Of a stretch of DNA of 64,000 nucleotides, positions 43,890-53,821 are shown piece after piece (positions within the stretch are counted from its first letter, which is position 1; each line of letters opens with the position of its first letter). The DNA comes from Deltaproteobacteria bacterium (GTDB taxonomy: Bacteria > Myxococcota > XYA12-FULL-58-9): NCBI GenBank assembly GCA_016218825.1, contig JACRCV010000034.1:12177-76176 (forward strand), read 5' to 3'. Under the pieces are notes generated by a model. It saw nothing but the letters and a program-made list of their open reading frames with translations. It was not told the DNA's origin and searched no databases. The translations under genes and the position numbers were made by a program.

Positions 43890-43896
43890 GGTTCAC

Positions 43897-45414
43897 TCAC
43901 AAGTCGTGGCCGCAGTACGACAGGTTGAAGCTCTTGTTGCACAGCGGGAAGTCCGAGATCTCCTGGCCCCTGAGCGCCATCGCCAGCCCCATCCAATTGT
44001 GGAACGAGGGATCGACGACTTTGTGGGCGGCGAATCGACCCTCCGAGTCGGTGACCGCGACGTGGACCGCTTCGCCCCGCCAGGTCTCGACCAGCGCCAC
44101 GGCGAGCTTCTCGGGCGCGAGCCTCTTCATCGGCGTCGCGCACGGTCCGCTCGGCAGCCCGGCGGCGACCTCGCCGACGAAGGTCGCGGCGCGGCGACAC
44201 TCGAGCCAGCGAACGTAGGCGCGCGCGAACACGTCGCCCGAGTGCCAGGTGGAGACCGGCACCTGCGCAAAACGGTACATCCCGGTCGGGTATTGAAAGC
44301 GCACGTCGCGCTCCAGGCCGCAGGCGCGGGCCGGGGGGCCGACGAGGCCGAGGCGATCCACGATGGCCGGCGTCAGGACCCCGGTCTCTTCGAAGCGCGC
44401 CAGCACCGTCGGGGTCTCCCAGAGCAGCGTCGTGGCGTTCGTCAGGTCGCGGGTGGCCTGCTCGAGCCGGCGACCGAGCTCGTCGACCTCGGCCGACCCG
44501 AGGTCGAAGCGCACGCCGCCGGGCTTCAGCATGCCGCGCCCGAAGCGACTGCCGCACACCAGCGCGCTCACGTTGAGGTAGTCGCCCCGCAGGCGGCCGC
44601 AGAACGAGGCGGTGGGGAGGTAGCCGACGTCGCCGGCGAGGGCGCCCAGATCGCCGGTGTGATTGGCGAGCCTCTCCAGCTCCAGCATGACGGCGCGCAA
44701 CGCGTCGGCGCGCGGCGGCGCGGCGACTCCGGCCAGGGCCTCCAGCACCTGACAGTAGGCGGTCGCGTGCCCGATCGAGGTGTCGCCCGCCAGGGTCTCG
44801 GCGTGCGAGAGCGAGCGCGGATGCGGGCCGCCGACCAGGGCGCGCTCGACGCCGCGGTGTTGGTAGCCGAGCGAGATCTCGAGGTGCAGCACCTTCTCGC
44901 CGTGACACTGGAAGCGGAAGTGGCCCGGCTCGATGACGCCGGCGTGCACCGGGCCGACCGCGACCTCGTGGGGCTCGTCGCCCTGAATCGCAAAGAAGTC
45001 GGTGACCCCGGGGACGATGGGATCGGCGCTCGGTCGCAGCCAGGCGTCGGTGCCGGGGCGCATGCTGCGGTGAAAGCGGATCGGCTTCAGCCACGGGTGG
45101 CCGCGCGGCACCACGCCCCACTGCTCGGCGAGCTCGCGCTCGAACCAATGCGCCGGCGGACACTCGGGCGTGAAGGCCTCGTAGCTCGCTTCGACGTCGG
45201 CGGTCGCGAGGCGCAAGGTCGAGGTGGCGTCGACGCCGAGGATGACGACGAGGCGCAGCCGGCCGGAGGCCTGCGGGATGCCGAACAGCGCCACCAGGCG
45301 GTCGCCGCGCACCACCGAGTCGAGCACGCCTTGGCGCAGCTTCGGGAAGGCGATGGGGGCGAGCTCGGCGAGCGGCAGGGCGCTGGCGTTTGGCAGCTCG
45401 ACGAAGAAGCTCAT
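43897..45414 (-). CDS. hyfG: Ehr large subunit (HyfG/HycE-like, NuoC+NuoD) lacking Ni-binding CxxC motifs
   Basis: WFERE, GPVHAGVIEPGHFRF, ELERLANH, VETWRGE, DPSFHNW. L1 reads ETLAGDT; L2 reads DFPLCNKSFNLSYCGHDL. Confidence 0.92.
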   Translation of the reverse strand: MSFFVELPNASALPLAELAPIAFPKLRQGVLDSVVRGDRLVALFGIPQASGRLRLVVILGVDATSTLRLATADVEASYEAFTPECPPAHWFERELAEQWGVVPRGHPWLKPIRFHRSMRPGTDAWLRPSADPIVPGVTDFFAIQGDEPHEVAVGPVHAGVIEPGHFRFQCHGEKVLHLEISLGYQHRGVERALVGGPHPRSLSHAETLAGDTSIGHATAYCQVLEALAGVAAPPRADALRAVMLELERLANHTGDLGALAGDVGYLPTASFCGRLRGDYLNVSALVCGSRFGRGMLKPGGVRFDLGSAEVDELGRRLEQATRDLTNATTLLWETPTVLARFEETGVLTPAIVDRLGLVGPPARACGLERDVRFQYPTGMYRFAQVPVSTWHSGDVFARAYVRWLECRRAATFVGEVAAGLPSGPCATPMKRLAPEKLAVALVETWRGEAVHVAVTDSEGRFAAHKVVDPSFHNWMGLAMALRGQEISDFPLCNKSFNLSYCGHDL

Positions 45415-46898
45415 CGTCCGCCTCCCGCGATCCGCGCCGCCGCGACCAGCGTTTCATTCAACCCCGGCGGGATGAAGAGCCCGAGGGTCACGAGCGCCGC
45501 GACGCAGAGCAGCACCAGGCCCAGATCGAGCAGCGCGAAGCCGGGGCGCGGGGTCGCCGCCGCCGCGCCGCCCCAGGCCATCGCGATCGCCCGCCGCAAC
45601 ATGCCGACGAAGACCACGGCGGCGCCGGCCAAGAACAGGCCGAGGGTCCAGTAGGCGTGACGGTGGCTCGCGGCCATCACCACCTGCAGCTCGCTCATGA
45701 ACAACGCGAACGGCGCCGCGCCCACCAGGGCCAACAGGCTCACGAACAGCCCGGTGCCCCACACCGGCGAGTGGTGGAGGGTGCGGGTGAGCTTGTTCAT
45801 GTCGTGGGTGCCGTAGGTTTGTCCCAGGCGGCCGGCGGCGAAGAACGCCAGGCTCTTGGCGACCGAGTGGTTGAGGGTATGAAACAGCGCCGCGAAGGTG
45901 CCGACGCCGCCCAGGCCGAGGCCGAGCGCGACGATCCCCAGATGCTCGACGCTGCAGTAAGCGAGCAGGCGCTTGGCGTCGGTTTGGAAGAGGATGAACG
46001 CCGCGGCGACGATCACCGAGACGACGCCGAAGAAGACCAACAGGCCGGGGGCGAAGCCGGTGAGGGTGGGCGCGCCTTCGACGACCGGCAGGTAGCGCAT
46101 CAGGCAATAGAGCGCCGCGTTCAGCAGGAAGCCGGAGAACAGCGCCGAGACCGGGGCCGGCGCTTGGCTGTGGGCGTCCGGCAGCCAGCTGTGCATCGGC
46201 GCCAGCCCGGCCTTGGTGCCGTAGCCGACGAGCAAGAAGACGAAGCCGGCCTTGATGAGGAGCGGGTCGAGGCGCTCGGGTGCGGCCAGCAGCTCGGTCC
46301 ACAACAGGGCGTTGTGGGAGCCGGTGTGGGCGTGCATCGCCGCGGTGGCGACGAGCAGGGTGCCGACGAACGCGAACGCGACGCCCACCGAGCAGATCAT
46401 CAGGTACTTCCACGTGGCCTCGAGGGACGCCGACGTCGTGTGGGTGGAGATCAAGAACGCGGTCAGCAGCGTCGTCGCCTCGATGCCCACCCACTGCATC
46501 GCGAGGTTGTTGCTGATGAGCACCGCGGTCATCGCGCCCTGGGCGCCCAGCCACAAGGCCCCGAAGCGACGCGCTTGCCTCAGGCTGAAGTGACCGTGCG
46601 CGACCTCGGCGCCGAAGTAGCTCCAGGCGAAGATCGCGCTCAAGCCGAAGACCACGAGCATGACCAGCAAGTGAAAGCCGGAGAGGGCGTCGACCAGCAG
46701 CCACTGGGAGGCGGCGGTGACCCGGCCGAGTCGGAGCGAAAGCGCCACGAGCCACACGGCGCAGGGGACGAGCACCACGACCACGGCCAAGATCACTCCG
46801 AGGATGGCGCGCACCGACGGCAGGCGCCAGGCGACGAGCGCGGCGACGAGCGGCAACAGCCACAGGACATTGATGACCAGGGATGGCGACATCATCAT
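45411..46898 (-). CDS. hyfF: Ehr/hydrogenase-4 membrane subunit F (antiporter-like)
   Basis: WVGIEATTL, LEATWKY, GYGTKAGLAPMHSWLPDAHSQAPAPVSA, KRLLAYCSVEH. Confidence 0.93.
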   Translation of the reverse strand: MMMSPSLVINVLWLLPLVAALVAWRLPSVRAILGVILAVVVVLVPCAVWLVALSLRLGRVTAASQWLLVDALSGFHLLVMLVVFGLSAIFAWSYFGAEVAHGHFSLRQARRFGALWLGAQGAMTAVLISNNLAMQWVGIEATTLLTAFLISTHTTSASLEATWKYLMICSVGVAFAFVGTLLVATAAMHAHTGSHNALLWTELLAAPERLDPLLIKAGFVFLLVGYGTKAGLAPMHSWLPDAHSQAPAPVSALFSGFLLNAALYCLMRYLPVVEGAPTLTGFAPGLLVFFGVVSVIVAAAFILFQTDAKRLLAYCSVEHLGIVALGLGLGGVGTFAALFHTLNHSVAKSLAFFAAGRLGQTYGTHDMNKLTRTLHHSPVWGTGLFVSLLALVGAAPFALFMSELQVVMAASHRHAYWTLGLFLAGAAVVFVGMLRRAIAMAWGGAAAATPRPGFALLDLGLVLLCVAALVTLGLFIPPGLNETLVAAARIAGGGR

Positions 46899-47536
46899 CC
46901 CTTCAAGCTGTCGAGCTGATCGACGTCGATGTGATCGAACTCGCGATTGATCTGGAAGATGGCGATGCCCATCACGAACACCGCGACGAAGACGTCGAGG
47001 AGCATGCCGAGCTCCACCAGGAACGGGGTCTCGGACAAGAGCGAGATGCCGAGGACGTAGGTGCCGTTCTCGAGCACCAGGTAGCCCAGCACCTGCGACA
47101 CCGCCTTCTTGCGGCTGATGACGAAGAACAGCCCGGTGAGGATCATCGACAGCGCCACCGGCACCATCAACGGTGACCGCACCACGTCGGCGCTGAGGCG
47201 GTCGGCGAGCCAGGTGCCGGCGCCGAGCATGCCGAGGCCGACGAGCAGCGACGGGGTGTAGCCGACGAAGGGCTCGATCTCGCGCCGCGCCCGGGCGTCG
47301 CGCATCGCGCGCTCGAGCACCAGCGGGAAAGCGACGCCCTTGACGAGCAGGGTGCTCGCCGCCAGCGCCATCGCCGCCACCTCGAGCTCGGGCCAGGTCA
47401 GCGCCAGCGGCAAGAACGCCAGCAGCACGCCCTGGGCGGCGACCAGGCGAATACAGGCGGTGAGCCGGCTGGAGCCGAGGAGCACCAGATCGGTGAGGAC
47501 CAGGGTCACCAGCACGAAGTCGAGGGCGTGTCTCAT
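46895..47536 (-). CDS. hyfE: Ehr/hydrogenase-4 membrane subunit E
   Basis: LLVKG..FP, SRKKAVSQVLGYLVLENG, PFLVELGMLLDV, LDSLKG; ATG47536 overlaps the hyfC stop. Confidence 0.9.
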   Translation of the reverse strand: MRHALDFVLVTLVLTDLVLLGSSRLTACIRLVAAQGVLLAFLPLALTWPELEVAAMALAASTLLVKGVAFPLVLERAMRDARARREIEPFVGYTPSLLVGLGMLGAGTWLADRLSADVVRSPLMVPVALSMILTGLFFVISRKKAVSQVLGYLVLENGTYVLGISLLSETPFLVELGMLLDVFVAVFVMGIAIFQINREFDHIDVDQLDSLKG

Positions 47537-48468
47537 CGGCTCCACCCCACGGCGAGGAGCAGCGCCACGGCCGCGAGGACCAACGCGCCGACCAACAGGT
47601 GCGTGACGTGGATCAAACGCAGCCGCGCCATGCTCGACTCGACGATGCCGACGACCACGCCCACCGCCAACGCGACCAGGGTCGTCGCGCCGAGGTCGAC
47701 GGCCAAGTTGCCGGTGCGGACCGGCACCACGATCCCGGCGAGCAGGGTCGCGAACAGCCACAGCTTGAGGGCCGCGCCGTAGAGGATGAAGGCGAGGTCG
47801 GGGCCGCCGTGATCCAACACCATGACCTCGTGGATCATCGTCAGCTCGAGGTGGGTGTTGGGGTCGTCGACCGGGATGCGGGAGTTCTCCGACAGCAGCA
47901 AGACGACGAGGGCGACGGCGACCAGGCCGATGACGGGCGCGGTGCCGAGCGAGCTCGCGGTCGAGATGTTGCCGAGCGTCGGCGACAGCGACCAGGGGGA
48001 GCCGGCGACGCGGATCAAGGCCAACAGCGCCAACAGCAAGGTCGGCTCGGCGAGGGTGGCGAACTTCACCTCACGGTTGGCGCCCATGCCTTCGAAGCTG
48101 CTGCCGGTGTCGAGCGCCGCGAGCACGGTCAGGAAGCGCCCGAGGCCGAGGAGGTAGACGACGAGGAACAGATCGCCCTGGAACGCGAAGGTCGCCGCGA
48201 CGCCGCCGAGCGGCACGAACAGCAACGCCACCAGGGTCGCCGCGAGCCCGACGATTGGGCCGGCGCAAAACACCCAGGTGGTGGTGCGGCTGTAGACCGC
48301 GCCTTTCCCCAGGAGCTTCACGAGGTCGAAGTACGCCTGCAACAGCGGCGGACCGCGGCGGCCGGCGAAGAAGGCCTTGGTCTTGTTGATGACCCCGAGC
48401 AGGAGCGGCGCGCCGACGAGACCGAGCGCGGTCGCCAACGGGCCCCCGAAGGTGACGCTGGGGTTCAC
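47533..48468 (-). CDS. hyfC: Ehr/hydrogenase-4 subunit C (NuoH/HycD-like)
   Basis: GRRGPPLLQAYFDLVKL, ALDTGSSFEGMGANRE, ENSRIPVDDPNTHLELTMIHEVMVLD; GTG48468. Confidence 0.92.
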   Translation of the reverse strand: MNPSVTFGGPLATALGLVGAPLLLGVINKTKAFFAGRRGPPLLQAYFDLVKLLGKGAVYSRTTTWVFCAGPIVGLAATLVALLFVPLGGVAATFAFQGDLFLVVYLLGLGRFLTVLAALDTGSSFEGMGANREVKFATLAEPTLLLALLALIRVAGSPWSLSPTLGNISTASSLGTAPVIGLVAVALVVLLLSENSRIPVDDPNTHLELTMIHEVMVLDHGGPDLAFILYGAALKLWLFATLLAGIVVPVRTGNLAVDLGATTLVALAVGVVVGIVESSMARLRLIHVTHLLVGALVLAAVALLLAVGWSR

Positions 48469-50447
48469 TGGAAGCTCCACAACAAGAGCAGGCCGAGGGT
48501 GACCGCGATGTAGAGCACGTAGAGCTGGACGCGGCCGTGTTGCAGGGGCCGGAAGCTTGCCAGGGCATTGCTGATGCCGACGAAGATCGGGGCGTAGAGC
48601 AGCTCCTGCAGCGTGTCGGGGGTGTGGGTCGACAACGTCGCCGACGGCGGGAAGATCGCGACCGGCGGCGTGAAGCGCCGGTGGGTGCGCAACACCCCTT
48701 GGAACAGCTCGACGAGCGGCGCGGCGAACGACGAGGCGGTGTATTGCATGCGTGGCGACGGTCGGGCGTAGCCGCAGTCCCAGGTGCCGGTGGCGCCGAT
48801 CGGCCGGCGGCGCAGCAGCAGCCAGCGCGTCAGCGTCAAGACCAAGACCACCGCGATCAGGATGCCGGCCGCGAGGCTGACGAAGAACAACCCGTCGACG
48901 GCGACCCCGAGCCCGGCGGTGGTGCCATTGAGGCTCGTGCCGCTGGCATTGGCGACCGCGCCCGCGAGGCTGCCGACGACCCACGGTGCGAGCACGCCGG
49001 AGAGAGCGGCGGCGACGCTGAGCACGAGCATCACCGCGGTCAATGGTGTGCCGACCTCGTGCGCGGCGGCGGCGGCGGCGCTGCGGGGCTCGCCCAAGAA
49101 CGCGATCCCGAACGCTTTGGCGAAGCACGCCGCGGCGAACCCACCGCCGAGCGCCAGGCCGGTGATGGCGATGGCGGCGGCGGCGACGAGGGCGGGGCTG
49201 CCGGTGGTGCCGGCGACGAAGGCCGCGCTATAGAGGAGGAGCTCGCTGACAAAAGCGCCGAAGGGCGGCAGGCCGCAGATCGCGGCCGACCCGACACAGA
49301 ACGTCGCCCCGGTGAGCGGCATGCGGCAGAGCAAGCCGCCCAGCCGGTTGAGGTCGCGGGTGTCGGTGGCGTGCAGCACCGCGCCGGCGCCGAAGAACAG
49401 CAAGCCCTTGGCGATCGCGTGATTGACGACGTGCAACAGCGCGCCACCAAAGCCCAACGCGGTGAGCACCGGCAGGCCGTACGCCTTGCCGAGGAGACCG
49501 AGGCCGACGCCGACCGCGATGATGCCGATGTTCTCGACGCTGCAGTAGGCGAGCAGGCGCTTCAGATCGTGTTGGGCGAGGGCGAGCACGATGCCGAGCA
49601 CCGCGGAGGTGACGCCGATCGAAAGGAGCAGGAAGCCCCACCAGGCCGGCGGCGGGCCGAAGAGCGTCAGGGCGCGGAGCAGGCCGTAGATGCCGCTCTT
49701 GATCATCACCCCGGACATCAGCGCCGACACGTGGCTCGGGGCGGCGGGGTGCGCCTCGGGGAGCCAGACGTGGAACGGCATGAAGCCGGCTTTGGTGCCG
49801 AAGCCGATGAGCGCCAAGACAAAGAGCAGGCCGGCGGGGACGGCGGTGGCGCTCGCCCGCATCGCGTCGAAGTCGAAGCTCGACGCGGCGGCGCCGAAGA
49901 TGGTGAAGAACGCGAGCAGGCACGCGGTGCCGAGGTGGGTGGCGACCAGGTAGACCCACGCGGCGCGGCGGACCTCGGCGGCGCTGCCGTCGTAGAGCAC
50001 GAGGACGAACGACGACAGTGACATCACCTCCCAGGCGAGGAGGAACAGGACGCCGTTTTGCGCCACCACCACGAGCAGCATGCTGGCGATCAGGGTGTTG
50101 AACGCCAGCCAGTGGACGCCGAGCGTGCCGTTGGCGTGCGCCGGGTCGAGGTAACGGGCGCCGTAGATCGCGGCGAGCACACCGAGCACCGCCATCGGTA
50201 CGACGAACAGCGCCGCGAGCGGGTCGAGGCCGACGCGGAGCGCGGCCCCGGGCATGCTCCAGGGGAGGCTGGCGACGAGGGTGCCGCCCCCAAACAGCGT
50301 CGGCAGCGCGGGCACGAGCACCAGACCCGCGCCGAAGATGGCGCCCGTGACCGCGACGCGGGTCGCGAGCGTGGCGCGCCGGTAGCAGAGCGCTGCCATC
50401 ACGCCGCTGCCGACGAGCGTGCCGAGGCCGGTGAAGAACAGAGCCAT
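48465..50447 (-). CDS. hyfB: Ehr/hydrogenase-4 subunit B (NuoL-like)
   Basis: FLLAWEVMSLSS, GFGTKAGFMPFHVWLPEAHPAAPSHVSALMSGVMIK, DLKRLLAYCSVENIG, TWDCGY..MQYT; ATG50447. Confidence 0.93.
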   Translation of the reverse strand: MALFFTGLGTLVGSGVMAALCYRRATLATRVAVTGAIFGAGLVLVPALPTLFGGGTLVASLPWSMPGAALRVGLDPLAALFVVPMAVLGVLAAIYGARYLDPAHANGTLGVHWLAFNTLIASMLLVVVAQNGVLFLLAWEVMSLSSFVLVLYDGSAAEVRRAAWVYLVATHLGTACLLAFFTIFGAAASSFDFDAMRASATAVPAGLLFVLALIGFGTKAGFMPFHVWLPEAHPAAPSHVSALMSGVMIKSGIYGLLRALTLFGPPPAWWGFLLLSIGVTSAVLGIVLALAQHDLKRLLAYCSVENIGIIAVGVGLGLLGKAYGLPVLTALGFGGALLHVVNHAIAKGLLFFGAGAVLHATDTRDLNRLGGLLCRMPLTGATFCVGSAAICGLPPFGAFVSELLLYSAAFVAGTTGSPALVAAAAIAITGLALGGGFAAACFAKAFGIAFLGEPRSAAAAAAHEVGTPLTAVMLVLSVAAALSGVLAPWVVGSLAGAVANASGTSLNGTTAGLGVAVDGLFFVSLAAGILIAVVLVLTLTRWLLLRRRPIGATGTWDCGYARPSPRMQYTASSFAAPLVELFQGVLRTHRRFTPPVAIFPPSATLSTHTPDTLQELLYAPIFVGISNALASFRPLQHGRVQLYVLYIAVTLGLLLLWSFQ

Positions 50448-50452
50448 CAACG

Positions 50453-51151
50453 TTATCCTGGCGGCGGCGCCGAGGGGGGCCGGAGCCGCGCTTCGACGCC
50501 CTTGATGGCGGCGATGATGGTCGCGGGGTCGGCTTTGGCGGCGAGGACGTGCTTGACCTCGGGCTCGCGGAGCAACAACGACAGGCGCGACAAGAGGTGC
50601 AGGTGGATCGGCACGGTCGGTGACAGCAACAAGAACAGGATGTGGACCGGGCGGTTGTCGAGGGCCGCGAAGTCGATCGGCGTCGCCAAGAAACACAATG
50701 ATATTGCCGGTTTGACGCCGTGGAGGATGATCGGGTTTCGCACGTGGGGGATGGCGATGCCGCCGCCGATGCCGGTGGAGCCGAGGGCTTCGCGGGCGAG
50801 GAGGACGCTCAAGAGGCCGTCGCGATCGATCTTCGGCGGCAGGTTCAGCAGGCCGACGACGGTGCGCAGCGCGGTCGCGGTGTCGTGGCCGGCGGCGTCG
50901 TACGAGATGCCCCCTTGAGTGAGAGCTTCGACCACGGTGGGCAGGATCTGGCTCTGGTGCGCGGCGACCGGCGCGATCTCAGGCGCGGCCTTGACGCCGT
51001 GGGTGGTGGCCCACTCGAGGAGCTCGGCGCGGTTGAAGCGGACCTGGCGGTCGAGGTGGCTGGCGGGCAGCTCGCCCTGGCGCACCCAGCGGTAGATGGT
51101 GGCTTCGGATACCGACAGGAGCTTGGCGGCGTCACGGACCGTCAGCTGCAT
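50453..51151 (-). CDS. Excisionase-like HTH (HTH_17) fused to PTS EIIA(Ntr-type) domain
   Basis: LTVRDAAKLLSVSEATIYRWVRQGELPA..VRFNRAELLEW; REALGSTGIGGGIAIPHVR; GGGGGAG RBS. Confidence 0.92.
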   Translation of the reverse strand: MQLTVRDAAKLLSVSEATIYRWVRQGELPASHLDRQVRFNRAELLEWATTHGVKAAPEIAPVAAHQSQILPTVVEALTQGGISYDAAGHDTATALRTVVGLLNLPPKIDRDGLLSVLLAREALGSTGIGGGIAIPHVRNPIILHGVKPAISLCFLATPIDFAALDNRPVHILFLLLSPTVPIHLHLLSRLSLLLREPEVKHVLAAKADPATIIAAIKGVEARLRPPSAPPPG

Positions 51152-51193
51152 CGCTCCCCCCTGAATCTGGAGCACGCGCCGCGCACGGCGCGC

Positions 51194-51221
51194 CTTATAG
51201 GGCATTCTGCGATCTAGTCAA
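51194..51221 (-). promoter_or_regulatory. Candidate sigma70 promoter of the Ehr operon (TTGACT-N16-TATAAG)
   Basis: Near-consensus hexamers ~45 bp upstream of ATG51151. Confidence 0.45.
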
Positions 51222-51288
51222 GCACGGGGGTGGTGGCACTTGACCGCCACAGGGTCGAATGGTCTGTTCCGATGCGAAGGCGAAACTG

Positions 51289-52500
51289 ATGGCCGAGCGT
51301 TTTGGTGGATACTCCCTCCTCGAGCAGATCGGCGTCGGCGGAATGGCCGAGGTCTTCCTCGCCCGTCACTCCGGGGTCGAGGGCTTCGAGAAGGAGATCG
51401 TGATCAAGAGGATCCGGCCGCACCTGTCGGCGATCCCGTCGTTCGTCAACATGTTCTTGGGCGAGGCCAAGCTCGCGGCGCAGCTCAATCACCCCAACAT
51501 CGTCCAGATCTACGACCTCGGAAAGATCAAAGACTCGTTCTTCATCGCGATGGAGTACGTGCCGGGGCGCGACATGTCGGCGGTGATCCCGAAGAGCAAG
51601 GCGACGGCCATCCCGTTCCCGGTCGAGTACGCTCTGAAGATCGCCAGCAACGTCTGCGAGGCCTTGTACTTCGCGCACACCAAGGCCGACGCGCTCGGGA
51701 TGCCGCTGCACATCGTGCATCGCGACGTGTCGCCGGAGAACATCCGCGTCGCCTGGACCGGGACGGTGAAGATCCTCGACTTCGGCATCGCCAAGGCCGC
51801 GACCCAGCTGCACGAGACCAAGGCCGGCGAGATCAAGGGCAAGCTGATCTACATGTCGCCGGAGCAGGTGATGGGCAAGGACGTCGACCACCGCTCCGAC
51901 ATCTTCTCGTTGGGGGTGGTGCTCTACGAGTGGTTCACCGGGCTGAAGTTGTTCTCGGGCGAGAACGATCTCGCGATCATGAACAACATCATCGAGGGCA
52001 AGATCTATCCGCCGAGCTACTTCCGCGACGACATCCCCGCCGAGGTCGAGTCGATCCTGATGAAGGCGCTGGAGAAGGAGCCGAAGCGGCGCTACGCCAA
52101 CGCCTGCGACATGCAGCTCGACATCGACACCTACCTCGCGGGCTGCGAGTTCACGCCCTCCAACATCCACCTCGCGAACTTCATGAAGCAGCTGTTCAAG
52201 GACGAGCTCGCGGCCGAGAAGGAGCGGCGCCTCGCCGAGACCCCGCCGTCGCCGGCGCGGTTTTCGGGCGCGAGCCCCAAGGTCAGCGCGCCACCGCCGC
52301 CGCCGATCCAGACCGGCGGCTCCGGAGAGCTCGAGGTGTCGGCCGAGGTCCTCGAGGAGGAGGACACCAAGGACGCGCTGCTGGTCGCGTTGCCGCCGGA
52401 AGAGATGCACAAGCTCAAGCGTATGGCGATCGCGAAGTCGACGACGATCGAGAGCATCGTCAAAGAGATCGTCGCGACCTTCCTGAAGTTTCAGAGCTGA
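51289..52500 (+). CDS. Cytoplasmic Ser/Thr protein kinase with C-terminal ribbon-helix-helix-like tail
   Basis: IGVGGMAEV, IVIKR, HPNIVQIYD, HRDVSPEN, DFG, YMSPEQ, SDIFSLG; no TM; tail LLVALPPEEMHKLKRMAIAKSTTIESIVKEIVATFL. Confidence 0.92.
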   Translation: MAERFGGYSLLEQIGVGGMAEVFLARHSGVEGFEKEIVIKRIRPHLSAIPSFVNMFLGEAKLAAQLNHPNIVQIYDLGKIKDSFFIAMEYVPGRDMSAVIPKSKATAIPFPVEYALKIASNVCEALYFAHTKADALGMPLHIVHRDVSPENIRVAWTGTVKILDFGIAKAATQLHETKAGEIKGKLIYMSPEQVMGKDVDHRSDIFSLGVVLYEWFTGLKLFSGENDLAIMNNIIEGKIYPPSYFRDDIPAEVESILMKALEKEPKRRYANACDMQLDIDTYLAGCEFTPSNIHLANFMKQLFKDELAAEKERRLAETPPSPARFSGASPKVSAPPPPPIQTGGSGELEVSAEVLEEEDTKDALLVALPPEEMHKLKRMAIAKSTTIESIVKEIVATFLKFQS

Positions 52501-52504
52501 GGGG

Positions 52505-53485
52505 CTACTCGCGGCCGGTGCGGCGGCGGTTGCCGACCAGCGGTTGGCGGGCCAGCATGCGGCCGACGGCGTCGTAGGAGCTCGTGCCTTCGGCGGCGAG
52601 CTCGGGGGCGGTGGCGCACCACTGGGTGTAGTCCAAGAGCACGTCGGAGATCTTCTCCCAGACCTCGTGCGACGCGTGCATCGGGCTCAGGACGCCGACG
52701 ATACCCCAGAGCTCGCGGCCGGAGGTGCTGAACTCTTGCAGGCCGTCGCGTAGCAGCGCCTGCTTGCGTTGGTTGATGCCGCCGAAGAAGCCGCGGGAGC
52801 GGATGTGGGTGCCGTAGAACAGCAGCACCAACGCCCGGTAGCCGCGGGCGATCGGCACCAGGTCGCGCAGGGATTGCAGCGCTTGCAGGAAGCGCTCGAT
52901 GCGGACCACGTCCCGGTCGTGGCGCAGGCGGAAGCCGGCCTCGGGATCGTAGATCGGCATGCCGACCTCGCCGCCCAAGAACGCCTCGATGGCCTCGTCG
53001 AACTGTGTCAACAGCGCGCCGTGGTCGACGCTGATGCCGAACTCGTCGCCGAAGTCGGCGTCGGAGAGCAGGTCGACGATGAGGTCGTCCGCCGGGATGG
53101 TCTCGACCGCCGGCTCGACCGCGAAGCGGGGGTCGGCCTCGTCGAGCTGCGCCTGGCACATCTCCCAGAGGAAGTTGAGGTAGCGGTCGCTGGCGACGAG
53201 CGCCAAGACCAGCTCGCGCTTGTCGCCGAGGACGCGCATGGTGTCGGCGAGGTAGGCGAACTCCTTCTGGAACACCGGGTCGCCCTGGCGCGCGAGGTCG
53301 AAGCAGATCAGGCAGCTGGCGAACTGCGCTCGCTCGCCGCCCTTCTTACGCAGCACGTCGAGGTAGAGCCGCAACCGCTCCGGTTTGTGCTGGAACGCGT
53401 AGCACAGCGCCAGGATGTCATCGACGCCCAGCGCCGCGGCTTCCTCGCGCAGGCTGCTCTCCGCCGTTGTCAGCTCGTCGGTCAT
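52505..53485 (-). CDS. Hypothetical all-helical protein
   Basis: GAGG RBS, ATG start, protein-like composition; no motif recognised. Confidence 0.75.
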   Translation of the reverse strand: MTDELTTAESSLREEAAALGVDDILALCYAFQHKPERLRLYLDVLRKKGGERAQFASCLICFDLARQGDPVFQKEFAYLADTMRVLGDKRELVLALVASDRYLNFLWEMCQAQLDEADPRFAVEPAVETIPADDLIVDLLSDADFGDEFGISVDHGALLTQFDEAIEAFLGGEVGMPIYDPEAGFRLRHDRDVVRIERFLQALQSLRDLVPIARGYRALVLLFYGTHIRSRGFFGGINQRKQALLRDGLQEFSTSGRELWGIVGVLSPMHASHEVWEKISDVLLDYTQWCATAPELAAEGTSSYDAVGRMLARQPLVGNRRRTGRE

Positions 53486-53821
53486 CGATCCTCACCCGCG
53501 ACGAAGCGCGGGCTGGCAGCAGGTAGGACCCGGCCGCGATGGTCGCGGGGAGAGGCCCGACCGGGGAGTCTAGGGGCGGCGACGCGCTGAGTCAAACGAC
53601 GATTACGGCGCGCCGGTCACCGAAGGCGGCGCAGGGCGGCCGCGACTCGATTGGCTCACGACCTCGCGACCCGTCCCGACGCGCTCACGGCCCGCCGATT
53701 TCTTGCGCAATCCATAAGCCGTCCTAGACTGAGGACCGGGACGACTGTCCGCAGGCGCGTGGGCCCATTCCGGGGCGCGAGCGCTTGGTGCCGCGAGCGG
53801 CGGCGGGAAGGACGAGGGCAG

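Noticed and set aside
43006-43896. N-terminal 297 aa of the 1335-aa ORF
   Set aside because: Overlaps the Ehr small-subunit gene in another frame; the real start is the lipoprotein signal at 43005.
43897-45414. Functional [NiFe] hydrogenase / formate hydrogenlyase
   Set aside because: Ni-binding cysteine motifs are absent and no maturation or fdh genes are in view.
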